This document shows, piece by piece, positions 19,898 through 28,675 of a DNA stretch of 64,000 nucleotides (positions within the stretch are counted from its first letter, which is position 1; each line of letters begins with the position of its first letter). A model generated the notes under the pieces. It did not search any database. It had not been told where the DNA came from and worked only from the letters and a program-made list of their open reading frames with translations. The DNA is from Rhodothermales bacterium (GTDB lineage: Bacteria > Bacteroidota > Rhodothermia > Rhodothermales > VXPQ01). Location: assembly GCA_951812345.1 (NCBI GenBank), contig OX638295.1, forward strand, positions 681,987 to 745,986, written 5' to 3'. The translations under genes were made by a program, and so were the position numbers.

Positions 19898-20476
19898 ATG
19901 AGCATGACACCCGACGAGGCATGGCATGAGGAAGCCTATGACCGAATGGTCGACGAAATCTTGGAATCGCACCGAGACGAGATCATTGATGAGTTTGTTT
20001 TCGGGCGAATGGTATCGTACTATCAAAACAACCCCAACCTAACGGCAGCAGCAGAGTCGGCGCTTGTTGAAGCCTGCTCCCTGTTGAAATCGAGTCCAAC
20101 CGCATCGCTCGTATTCTCCCGCTCAGCCACCGAAATCGCTCTGCGAGATGTACTTCTAAAGCCGGTCGCGTACGGAATGGTGCATGATGAGATAGCCGGT
20201 TCCTTGCTGGTCGACCTCGCAATCAGAAATCAGCAATTCACCAAACTGCTTTTCAGCGTATTGGAATACTACGGCGTGGATCTCAAGAGCTTTACTCGCG
20301 AAGGTGCATCCAATAACATCTGGGCAGAGATAGAGGAGGTAGCCAAAACAAGGAACCGGATCCTTCATCGCGGAGAAAAAGCGTCGGATGAACAAGCAAA
20401 CCGCTCCATCGACGTCGCCACCATTTTGCTCGAGAAGATATATCCTGACTTGAGGAGGCAGATATTGCAGCAATAA
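19898..20476 (+). CDS. Hypothetical protein, HEPN-like (RxxxxH)
   Basis: Helical protein with ASLVFSRSATEIALR and KTRNRILHRG near the C-terminus. Confidence 0.55.
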   Translation: MSMTPDEAWHEEAYDRMVDEILESHRDEIIDEFVFGRMVSYYQNNPNLTAAAESALVEACSLLKSSPTASLVFSRSATEIALRDVLLKPVAYGMVHDEIAGSLLVDLAIRNQQFTKLLFSVLEYYGVDLKSFTREGASNNIWAEIEEVAKTRNRILHRGEKASDEQANRSIDVATILLEKIYPDLRRQILQQ

Positions 20477-20625
20477 GTATTGGCATGTTTGCGCCTACAA
20501 TGGCGACCCAGTTGAAAAGGCCCGCATGGTGTGTCATGTCGGTTTTTACGACGAATTGGCCGGGGCGACGATGTGCAAATTGCTCGATCTGCCGGATTAA
20601 ACCATAACAGAAAAACCCAAAACCC

Positions 20626-21948
20626 ATGCCTCTTGAAATTATTGTTGCCTTGGTAGCGGTCGCCACCGTTGCCCTGCTAATCATACTGATTCGGACCCAC
20701 GGAAATCTTCGTTCCCTGCGCACGAAGTACGCAGCCATCATTAACATTGATGCCGAAGTACAGAAACGTACGGGCGAACGGGATACCATTGTCAAGGATA
20801 CTGAAAAACTCCGAACAGACTACCAGGACAAACGCCGGGTCTTCGATCGCCTGAAAAGCGAAGTCGCACTGTACGAAGACAAAATGGTGTTCATCGAACA
20901 GGGCATCTACGAACCCCATTTTGATTTCACCGACCCGGAAGAATTCAAGGAAGAGATTAAGTCAGTACGTGCCGAACAGAAGGCTATGGTCAAAAACAAG
21001 ACTGCCGTAACCTGCGACATCGAATGGCACGTCGGGGGAAGCAAGGCTCAGGGTAGAGTAATGACCGGGAGAAATATCCGGTTGACCCTACGGGCGTTCA
21101 ACGGAGAATGCGATGTCGCAATAGCGAATGTGCGTTGGAATAATGTCGTCGCTATGGAAAAACGCATCCGCCGTGCCGCCGAACAGATCGACAAACTGAA
21201 CAAAAGCAATCAAGTCGTTATCGAAAAGGCGTATGTCGATCTAAAAATCAAGGAACTGCGTCTGACGCACGAATACAGAGAACGTCAGCAAGAAGAAAAA
21301 GAACATCGACGCGAACAGGCCCGGTTGGAACGCGAGGAAAAGAAACTTATCGAGGAAGCAAAGGCCGCCGAGCGGGAAGAAGAACGTTACCGCAAACTAC
21401 TCAAAAAAGCACAGGCGGAAGCGCAGAAAGATGCCGAAAACGCCGAACTGCAAGAACGCATCGCAGAATTGGAACACTCCCTTGAAGAAGCATCTTCGAA
21501 GACGGAACGTGCGAAGTCAATGGCCGAACAAACACGTGTCGGCCATGTCTACGTCATTTCGAACATCGGATCGTTCGGCGAGAAAGTCGTCAAGATCGGA
21601 ATGACACGTCGGCTGAACCCCGACGACCGGGTGAAGGAATTGGGGGATGCGTCCGTTCCTTTCATATTCGATACCCACGCCATGATCTACACGGATGACG
21701 CACCTGCAATGGAAACGGAACTGCATCGGCGTTTTCATACCCGCAGGGTTAATGCCGTGAACATGCGCAAGGAATTCTTCCGTGCTGACCTCGAAGAAGT
21801 GGCAACTGCGATCCGGGAACTGGACCCGAACGCTACCTTTGTCATGAATGCCGAAGCCCGCGAATTCATGGAGACGCTTGCTATCCAGGAACGCCAAGGC
21901 CAAACTCTCGAAGCCGAAGTGGAAGCAGATTTCCCCTTGTCGATATGA
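20626..21948 (+). CDS. DUF4041 + T5orf172 (GIY-YIG-like) domain protein
   Basis: N-terminal TM, LRAFNGECD, coiled coil, GHVYVISNIGSFGE..VKIGMTRRL.P.DRV.ELGDASVPF.FD.HAMI. Confidence 0.85.
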   Translation: MPLEIIVALVAVATVALLIILIRTHGNLRSLRTKYAAIINIDAEVQKRTGERDTIVKDTEKLRTDYQDKRRVFDRLKSEVALYEDKMVFIEQGIYEPHFDFTDPEEFKEEIKSVRAEQKAMVKNKTAVTCDIEWHVGGSKAQGRVMTGRNIRLTLRAFNGECDVAIANVRWNNVVAMEKRIRRAAEQIDKLNKSNQVVIEKAYVDLKIKELRLTHEYRERQQEEKEHRREQARLEREEKKLIEEAKAAEREEERYRKLLKKAQAEAQKDAENAELQERIAELEHSLEEASSKTERAKSMAEQTRVGHVYVISNIGSFGEKVVKIGMTRRLNPDDRVKELGDASVPFIFDTHAMIYTDDAPAMETELHRRFHTRRVNAVNMRKEFFRADLEEVATAIRELDPNATFVMNAEAREFMETLAIQERQGQTLEAEVEADFPLSI

Positions 21949-22020
21949 TTTCCTGATGGTCTTTTCGGGCGGGCCTCTGCGCGTTCGAAGCCGAATTCGC
22001 CCGTCGGCTTCATTTTAGGT

Positions 22021-22144
22021 TGTAAAACGACCAATGTTTGCGCGCAAACATTGAGGGGTTTCTGGTAACTGTAAAGCAGCCTCGCTCGTCCGAAAAGCCA
22101 AGGTTATCTGCCTTGTTTTAACACCAATTTGCTGTCGTTTTACA
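22021..22144. mobile_element. MITE-like family 2, complete 124-bp copy
   Basis: Inverted ends TGTAAAACGAC / GTCGTTTTACA and internal 22-bp palindrome CAATGTTTGCGCGCAAACATTG. Confidence 0.7.
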
Positions 22145-22447
22145 ACGGCTTCCGCGTCGCCGTCTACCGCCCGTCTCCTTATCGCCCGTTGGTCCCGGAC
22201 GGCTATCTGCGGATCGAGACTGCGTGACGCGGGAGAGAGATTCATGCATCTCACCGACATCCGCATCGACGAGATCGTGAAGGTCAATGTACCCGCGCGG
22301 CCGGGCGACCTTCACCAACGGGCGCAGCTACGGCTTCTACACCAACTTCGCGCACGGATGGTTTTACAATCGCCTGGGTGTGGGTATGCTCTCCGGCCAA
22401 CCTTCGACCATCTAATATTCAAGCACCTTCTTGTGGGCGACTCACAC

Positions 22448-23444
22448 CTAGAAAGGAAACCCAGAATGGGGTCCATGAGTGTTCGTTGGAGGAACAGGAA
22501 AAAGATGCTCGTACATGAAGCGTCCCAACAGAAGAATCCAATGTATGAGGTCTGTTGGCAGTTTGTCCTTATCTTTGTGGGGCGCATACCGAAAGTTACT
22601 GGCTGATGTCGCCGGGTTCCTCGATTAGCTTCACCTGATTCAAGGCTTCTTCAAGCCACCCTTCGTGCAGGTATTTGTTACCCTCGCCAGGGTCGTTGAG
22701 GTTCACGAAGGCCGTGTAGGTGCTCTCCTTTATTCTCCTTGCCAATTCATTCCACTCAGCTTCAGCCTGCTTTTTATTATTGGGCGGGGCACTTGAGGGC
22801 GACAAACACTGATCGAAGATTCGCCGGATGTCTGCTTCCACTTCCGCCCTGAATGCCACATATTCCTTGGCGAACGCCTCGGACTCTGCAACTATTTCGC
22901 TTCGGAGTGAATCAGGCAAGGCTGCGTATAGCTTGGCAACGTCGTGCCCTGCATTGAACCTGAAGGAGCACGTCTCCCGAAAGGAAGCATGAGTCGAAAC
23001 TGCCTTCAGACACAATTCCACCCCCAGTATGACGTTGGTCATCATCACCCGTTCTCTGTCAAGGTGATTACCTTGTGCGAATCCCCAGATCTTCTCCATT
23101 TGCATCGAATTATAGAAGGTGAATCGGTCGAGGGGCCAGATCGTAGTGCAGGAGTCGGTCAGCAGTTGCCCGACTTCTGCCATTCGGTAGCTCTCGCCGA
23201 TTTCAGACATCGAGTGGTAATCCAAGAGCTTTCCCGACATGTAGTAGATGTTGCCACGTTGCCAAAAATTGTGGCGTTCAGCCGTATTGAACCCCGGTAG
23301 CAATACCGGTTCTGACAGCTCGAAGTATCTGGATTGACTGCTTCTCCTCTCCTCTACGAGATTGAAGGAGTACGGCAGTCTGGTTCTGAGGTAATCCATC
23401 CAAGTCTTTCCATCTTTCAGGTCGTAGTAGCTGGGTTCAGTCAT
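22448..23444 (-). pseudogene. HEPN-like protein with apparent 1-nt frameshift near 22597
   Basis: LGVELCLKA...GHDVAKLYAAL; after the TAA at 22596-22598 a shifted frame reads FRYAPHKDKDKLPTDLIHWILLLGRF... to TAG at 22448. Confidence 0.55.
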
Positions 23445-23456
23445 GTTGTTCGCCTA

Positions 23457-24023
23457 GGGAATTATATGGTTAACTTGACAGGTTGGATTTCACCTTGCGG
23501 GCGGCAGCGGCCTGCGGACCATCGCTCGCGATGTCGGCCGAAGAGCCTTCTGCGGGCTTGACGTCCCTGGGCGTCGATTTCTCTTCCTTGTTCCGGTTCA
23601 TGAGGTCAGGTCCCGGTGCAATTTCATGGACGAGACCCCCTTCAGGTTCGTCGTCGAAAGATACAAGGCGAACACCCATTTGCGCAGCGGAAGCCTGCTG
23701 TGTTGCATCGTAGTCCCCGTTCTTACGCTGAAATATGAGCGGCAGTCCGGACACCAGTAAGGCATGGGCTTGCGGTTTTTAACCTCGCGGCTGTTCATGC
23801 AACCGCAACGAGGACAGAAACGCTCGCCATCGAACCAGCGGATTGTCTCGAACCACCGGCGGGCCGCTTTCTCGTCGGGAAACATCTCCAGCAGTTCCAG
23901 CAGGGATATCCCCTTGCGCTCCGATCTTCCAGGCGCTTTGCCCATAACATTTTCCTTTTGTGCGTAACCTGTAATAAAAACAGATGCTTACGTCAAATCT
24001 GTCAAGTTAAACATATAATTCCC
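23457..24023 (-). mobile_element. Internally deleted IS1595-family element (non-autonomous)
   Basis: Inverted ends GGGAATTATATGGTTAACTTGACAG / CTGTCAAGTTAAACATATAATTCCC; ORF 23598-23945 has only the Zn-ribbon/HTH N-terminus (CPRCG, YWCPDCRSYFS). Confidence 0.88.
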
Positions 24024-24130
24024 AGGTTTTTCTACTCCGGGGAACCGGAGATTCTCGAAGGGGTTTTTCATGAAGCGCGCACCTTGTTCGTTATCGGCTC
24101 GGTCAAAGCCGATGAATGAATATCTCGCTG

Positions 24131-24156
24131 CAAAACGCCCCACACGGGGCGTTTTG
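24131..24156. terminator. GC-rich hairpin with T-runs
   Basis: CAAAACGCCCC-ACAC-GGGGCGTTTTG followed by TGTTTTT. Confidence 0.6.
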
Positions 24157-24262
24157 TGTTTTTAGGGGTTTTTTTCGGGCTGCCTTTGTTTCCGGATTGT
24201 CGTCTGCAAAGGCTCAGGCGGGTAGAATGGGCTGATACAGGCCCGGCCTGGTCATTGATTTC

Positions 24263-24940
24263 TTAGGCGTCCGTCTTTCCAATGATCCACTGCACTTCAC
24301 TGCCTGTCCCGGCCGCGAATACGTCTGTGCCTGGTACGATCGCTGCCGTCGGCGATACCCATATTCCTGCTAGATATTCCGTGTTCGGAGCAAGTCCGTA
24401 AATTATCGCCTCATCGTCGCCGCGAATGACTTCAGTTCCGATGTAACCGGTTTGGGCTTCTGTTCTATCTATCTTGGCTCCGGCCGTGTAAAAAATCTGT
24501 ACTTGATCTGTAAACAAGGCGCCTTCGCCCTGATGCGCGTTCCACGAGATCAGGAGCGCTCCGGAACCTCCTCCTGATAGGATTTGCAGGTTTCGGAGTT
24601 CAGGCGTTGGCCCGAGAGAAACTGGTCTGGGTATGGTTAGATTTCCCTCTGCGTCGCTTGCCTGGAAGAGCAGGCGAAGGATGGATTGGTATACGGGTAG
24701 GTTCCCCTCGATCACATTCCACTGGGCTCGACCTCGAGTTGGATTCCACCTCTTGGCTGTTTGCGATAGTGATCGCATCCGGTTTCGCTGGGCCTGTTGT
24801 GGTGGAGTATTCGGGTTCGATGGGGAGAAGGTGGCCCGGGCCGTCGCGGTTTTGCCGCGGCGGGTCCGGGCCGCCCCGTAGATGATGTTTCCAATCTTTC
24901 CGGACGGGCGCCCGGTGATGCCTCCGAAAAGTTTTGCCAT
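24263..24940 (-). CDS. Hypothetical protein, DUF6266-like N-terminus and beta-rich C-terminus (paralog B)
   Basis: MAKLFGGITGRPSGKIGNIIY...SNPNTPPQQAQRNRM; C-terminal ISWN..YGLAPNTEY resembles FN3/Ig. Confidence 0.6.
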   Translation of the reverse strand: MAKLFGGITGRPSGKIGNIIYGAARTRRGKTATARATFSPSNPNTPPQQAQRNRMRSLSQTAKRWNPTRGRAQWNVIEGNLPVYQSILRLLFQASDAEGNLTIPRPVSLGPTPELRNLQILSGGGSGALLISWNAHQGEGALFTDQVQIFYTAGAKIDRTEAQTGYIGTEVIRGDDEAIIYGLAPNTEYLAGIWVSPTAAIVPGTDVFAAGTGSEVQWIIGKTDA

Positions 24941-25611
24941 CAGGCCACCTTCTTGCCGGCCCGCACGCTGGCCGCGCTAACTGTGAACGATGTCGTTGGC
25001 GAGAAGATATTGTCTGCAGCGTTCTGTCCCCATACGATGAGTACGTACGAATCGCCGGCAGTCAAGCCGGTGAGTGTGGCCGTCGCGTCCGCTCGGGTTG
25101 CCGCATTCTGAAAGTACACTGCTGGCGTTGGGTCCCGATCGGCTGCGGCCGCGGGGATTGCGGCGACGTTCAGCTCGTCCGTCGCAGTTCCTGGCAGTTG
25201 GGTCGTGGCCGACCACGTGAGCGTGACTTCTCCGGATGCTGCTCCGGTCGCAGCTGCGAGATTCGTGAACTCTGGCAGGAGCCCGAGCGAGATGCTGGGC
25301 GGCGCTGTCAGTAGTCGGGCCTCGTCCATGTTGTTGAGCAGAACGCTTGTCCAGGACTGGAATCCTGGCAGCTGTCCAATAGCGCGATCCCAATCGAGAC
25401 GATATGCTCTGGGACCGAGCGCCCGGACGATGGCGATCGAGTCCGAGAACTTCGTGCGCTGTATGGTCTGGTCCGAGCTCTGCGGATTGGTTGGGATGAC
25501 CTTTTGCCGGACGGTATTGAGCTTGCCGGTCCGGCCTCGAGCTTCTGAAAAGACGACGCCGGCGACCTGGCCGGATACGTTGCCGGTGATTCCTCCTGTT
25601 ACGATGCCCAT
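24940..25611 (-). CDS. Hypothetical protein, DUF6266-like N-terminus and FN3-like C-terminus (paralog A)
   Basis: MGIVTGGITGNVSGQVAGVVF...TNPQSSDQTIQRTKF; VTLTWS...LTGLTAGDSY; its stop overlaps the next start. Confidence 0.6.
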   Translation of the reverse strand: MGIVTGGITGNVSGQVAGVVFSEARGRTGKLNTVRQKVIPTNPQSSDQTIQRTKFSDSIAIVRALGPRAYRLDWDRAIGQLPGFQSWTSVLLNNMDEARLLTAPPSISLGLLPEFTNLAAATGAASGEVTLTWSATTQLPGTATDELNVAAIPAAAADRDPTPAVYFQNAATRADATATLTGLTAGDSYVLIVWGQNAADNIFSPTTSFTVSAASVRAGKKVA

Positions 25612-26176
25612 GGTCTACCTCCGTGGGTTTTGTTGTTGGTACGTGGTGCCTGGATAATTGACCGGACGAGCGCCGGCAGCCGGCTCCAGTGGCTCCGGCC
25701 TGCGGGGTCCGCTCCAATCGCTCGATTTCGTTTCGCGCAACGGGCCGTTAAGCGGATTCACAAATTTTTCATAATTGTTTTACGGGTCCTTACTTTTTAA
25801 GTCGGGTATTGCTTGTACATATGTTCCGGATCGTTCATCGATCGCGGTTCGTTGCCTTTCCTTCTGCCGTCTTGCGGCTCATGAATCGTCCAGTGATCGG
25901 GGCGGGCGGGCTACCTGCTTTCCGTCTCGCGGCTCACGGATTGTTCCTCTTTCTGCGGTCTCATGGACTCGCCAAGCCGTTAGATCGAATACGGATTGCA
26001 CATCTATCATACATCTATATGCTGGATTGTATGGCCGCATCGAGGTCGTCGCGGCGCCGTGCCTGGCCCCAGTAGCCTTGACAGTGTCCGGGCCGTTGGT
26101 TAGGTTTGTGGTTCAGTGCCTGGCTTTGGCTGGGCTTCGTGTTTGCTTCTTTTAACCCTCTTTAAGGAGTATCGTT

Positions 26177-26644
26177 ATGAAGTTCTTTGTACCTGTTGTT
26201 CTTGCTGTTATTATCGCGTTTTGTATGTCTATTTTCATTGGATGCCAATCTGATACATTGACGGATGCTTCTCTTTCTGAAGAAGTAATCTTAAATGTAT
26301 CTACTTTGTTTGGTTTTTTTGATGAAAATCTTGATGAAGGTACTATCATTTCCTTGATATTGCCTGATGGTGATGATGAAGTGATGCGAGATGCAGAGAA
26401 TACAGGAATTCTTGAAGGGGGTGTTAAATTCGGTCAGTTTACGAATGAAAATGCTCATCCTTCAACATTTGGTTTTGGCTTCGGATTAAATAAGGCAGAA
26501 CCGGATCCTGATTGTTCAGTAGGTGTTGATGGAGGTGGGAGAAGACGATTCGTGAACTGTGTTCGAGATATTCTCGATAGTTGTTCTAAAGGGGCAACGA
26601 TCATTAGAGAAGGAGATACAATCAATGCTTATTCTAAGTGCTGA
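26177..26644 (+). CDS. Lipoprotein with 4-Cys C-terminal motif (AT-rich)
   Basis: Lipobox FIGC; PDPDC...C.......CSKG...YSKC. Confidence 0.7.
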   Translation: MKFFVPVVLAVIIAFCMSIFIGCQSDTLTDASLSEEVILNVSTLFGFFDENLDEGTIISLILPDGDDEVMRDAENTGILEGGVKFGQFTNENAHPSTFGFGFGLNKAEPDPDCSVGVDGGGRRRFVNCVRDILDSCSKGATIIREGDTINAYSKC

Positions 26645-26681
26645 TTCTCCTTCTTTTTTCTTAACCTAATCCACTAAAGCC

Positions 26682-27206
26682 ATGAAACCTGTTTTTGCCT
26701 TTGTATGCACCTTTGTACTTGGATTGGTTCTCTTGACAGGGTGCCAGAGTAATATTTCTTCTGAACCATCACTAATATCGCCAAAAATTAGTGATGATGG
26801 TTTGCAGGAAATTCAGGGAATAATTGATCAACATCTTTCGCATAAAAATGCCATTCGAAATATAAATGGAAGAGAGTTGGATGTTGCTCTTGTTGTAAAT
26901 CCAACGCCTGAGGATTTTAAGAAATATCCTAATTACAGGTTTTCTGGGGAAACTGAAAGTGGTATAAAATACATGTTTCTTGTTGGGGATCATGCAACAG
27001 ACATTTCTTATGAAGCAATGGGTATTACAATATTTTCAAAAGCGGCAGTTCCTAATAATCCTGATTGTCGTGGGAATGCTAATGGTTCTAATCTATCAAA
27101 TATAGGTTATTACGAATGTACTTTTGATTTAGTGATGTCATGTGATAAAGGTGTTACAACCATAAGAATTGATGGTGAATATCATACATACTCTAATTGT
27201 GGTTAA
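26682..27206 (+). CDS. Lipoprotein, paralog of 26177-26644 (AT-rich)
   Basis: Lipobox LTGC; PNNPDC...C.......CDKG...YSNCG. Confidence 0.7.
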   Translation: MKPVFAFVCTFVLGLVLLTGCQSNISSEPSLISPKISDDGLQEIQGIIDQHLSHKNAIRNINGRELDVALVVNPTPEDFKKYPNYRFSGETESGIKYMFLVGDHATDISYEAMGITIFSKAAVPNNPDCRGNANGSNLSNIGYYECTFDLVMSCDKGVTTIRIDGEYHTYSNCG

Positions 27207-27240
27207 TTGAAAGGTATTATTAACTTCCAGGTAAGTAATG

Positions 27241-27277
27241 GCGCCCATTTTCGGCTAAATGGCTCGAAAATGGGCGC
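27241..27277. terminator. 13-bp inverted repeat between convergent genes
   Basis: GCGCCCATTTTCG-N11-CGAAAATGGGCGC. Confidence 0.6.
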
Positions 27278-27341
27278 TCTTTCGTTCGATAGATTTTGTT
27301 TTCTCGGGTCCTACTACGTTCCGGAGCGTCTGAGCGCCACG

Positions 27342-27602
27342 TCATCCGTCGATTTTGAGCACGCCGCGTTCCAAGAGAGCAAAGATGGCGTCTGCGGCGA
27401 CGCGTTCGCTCAGGCCGGTGCCGTGCTGGATGGTTCGTTCCGATGTGAATACGTGGCCTTCGCGGCTCCATAGGTACGCGTACACTCTCCACACGCTGGC
27501 CGGTCCGGACCGGCTGCATTCCTCGCGGCAGTAGCGTTCCATCCCCAACAAGCCGGCGTAGGCCTGCGCGATCTGGAGACGGTCGGGGCGTTCTCTGCTC
27601 AT
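27342..27602 (-). CDS. Small winged-HTH-like protein
   Basis: SERTIQHGTGLSERVAADAIFALLERGVL. Confidence 0.55.
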   Translation of the reverse strand: MSRERPDRLQIAQAYAGLLGMERYCREECSRSGPASVWRVYAYLWSREGHVFTSERTIQHGTGLSERVAADAIFALLERGVLKIDG

Positions 27603-27612
27603 TGGTGTCCAG

Positions 27613-27840
27613 TCAAAGACCGTCTTTCTCTGATTGCTTGCTCGCCTGGCCCCGTGAGGCTTGTCGCTTTTCCTTCAGCTCCTGGACGTATGCCATCAGC
27701 TCCGGATCGCGCTTCTGCTCCGGAGTCATCCAATCCTCGAGGTTCTCCGGGGTCATGCCCGTCGCCATGTAGATCAGGCAGAGCGCAAGCCGGTCCATCG
27801 GCCGGTCCGATCCGTATCCGCTGTCTCCTGGCTTCGTCAT
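27613..27840 (-). CDS. Small hypothetical protein
   Basis: 75 aa; start overlaps the stop of the Rep-like gene. Confidence 0.55.
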   Translation of the reverse strand: MTKPGDSGYGSDRPMDRLALCLIYMATGMTPENLEDWMTPEQKRDPELMAYVQELKEKRQASRGQASKQSEKDGL

Positions 27841-28640
27841 GATGTCTCCGTGTCTTCGAGCGGTAAGCGCCCCTGTGGCGGCCGCTTCCGGAACCGGTAA
27901 CTCTGGCCGTGGCCGCCGACGCGTGCAAATTGTCCAATTCTCCCGTCTGGCAGATCGAATGGTACGGAGTATCCTCCGTTGTCTCTACTGTGCTCTTGCA
28001 TCGCCTGAACGTAGTCGTAAATGGGAGACTTGACGTCTAAGGCCGGTGGGGAGTGGCTTCCAGTCAGCCACTTGTGCAAGAGGCCGGGGCCGATTTGCTT
28101 AATGGCCTTGGCGGTCTTGATGCATTTTTCAGCGTGGTCAAGGGTGATTCCTTCGCGTCGAATGATGTCAACATCACGCAGGCCGAAGGCCTTCAATTCC
28201 CTCTCGATCTCAGCGAGACGTGTTCTACCAAGCTTGAAGGTAGCAGGGATCTTGTTAAAAAGATCTTGGGTCTCCTTCGGTGGGTTGGGTCTCGCTGATG
28301 AGACCCCCCCCGTCTCATTCATGAGACTCCCCTGTGTAAGGTATGTACACTCGTACTCTCGCACGTTCCTGGCGCCGATGATGCGTGTGGCTGACGTGTA
28401 ATCCAACCGGCTGAGCGGCTGGGTTCTGCGCAACGTCAGCAACTCGCCGCGGTCTTCAAGGGCCTTTAGAGCGCGAAAGACTTGGGCCCTCGATGCGTTC
28501 GTATGCTTCATCATTGTTCGGATCGATGGCCACACACGCCCGAATTCGCCGATCTTACGGCTCCGGAGATCGAATAGATAGGCGACAAGCGATCGTTCGA
28601 CAGCGCTTCCTGGGGTGCAGTTCAGGACGGCTTCCGACAT
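27837..28640 (-). CDS. Putative replication initiator with N-terminal HTH
   Basis: WPSIRTMMKHTNASRAQVFRALKALEDRG resembles the HTH of phage/plasmid replication proteins. Confidence 0.55.
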   Translation of the reverse strand: MSEAVLNCTPGSAVERSLVAYLFDLRSRKIGEFGRVWPSIRTMMKHTNASRAQVFRALKALEDRGELLTLRRTQPLSRLDYTSATRIIGARNVREYECTYLTQGSLMNETGGVSSARPNPPKETQDLFNKIPATFKLGRTRLAEIERELKAFGLRDVDIIRREGITLDHAEKCIKTAKAIKQIGPGLLHKWLTGSHSPPALDVKSPIYDYVQAMQEHSRDNGGYSVPFDLPDGRIGQFARVGGHGQSYRFRKRPPQGRLPLEDTETS

Positions 28641-28675
28641 CTCGCGGAAGTGAGCACGTCGGGATAAAGGTTTTT

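Larger units (their letters stand above)
24024..28675. mobile_element. Integrated ~4.64-kb formerly circular plasmid- or virus-like element
   Basis: AGGTTTTT at 24024-24031 and 28668-28675, each abutting an IS1595 end; Rep-like gene and compact gene set. Confidence 0.75.

Noticed and set aside
23470-23754. Short ORF within the IS1595 ends (also 28689-28970)
   Set aside because: Mostly an alternate frame of the deleted transposase plus terminal sequence; no independent support.
25775-26155. 126-aa ORF inside the mini-element
   Set aside because: TTG start, no motif, overlaps the iteron-like non-coding region.
24024-28675. Calling the mini-element an inovirus or microvirus
   Set aside because: No pI/Zot-like ATPase, short hydrophobic coat protein, HUH Rep or microviral capsid motif is visible.
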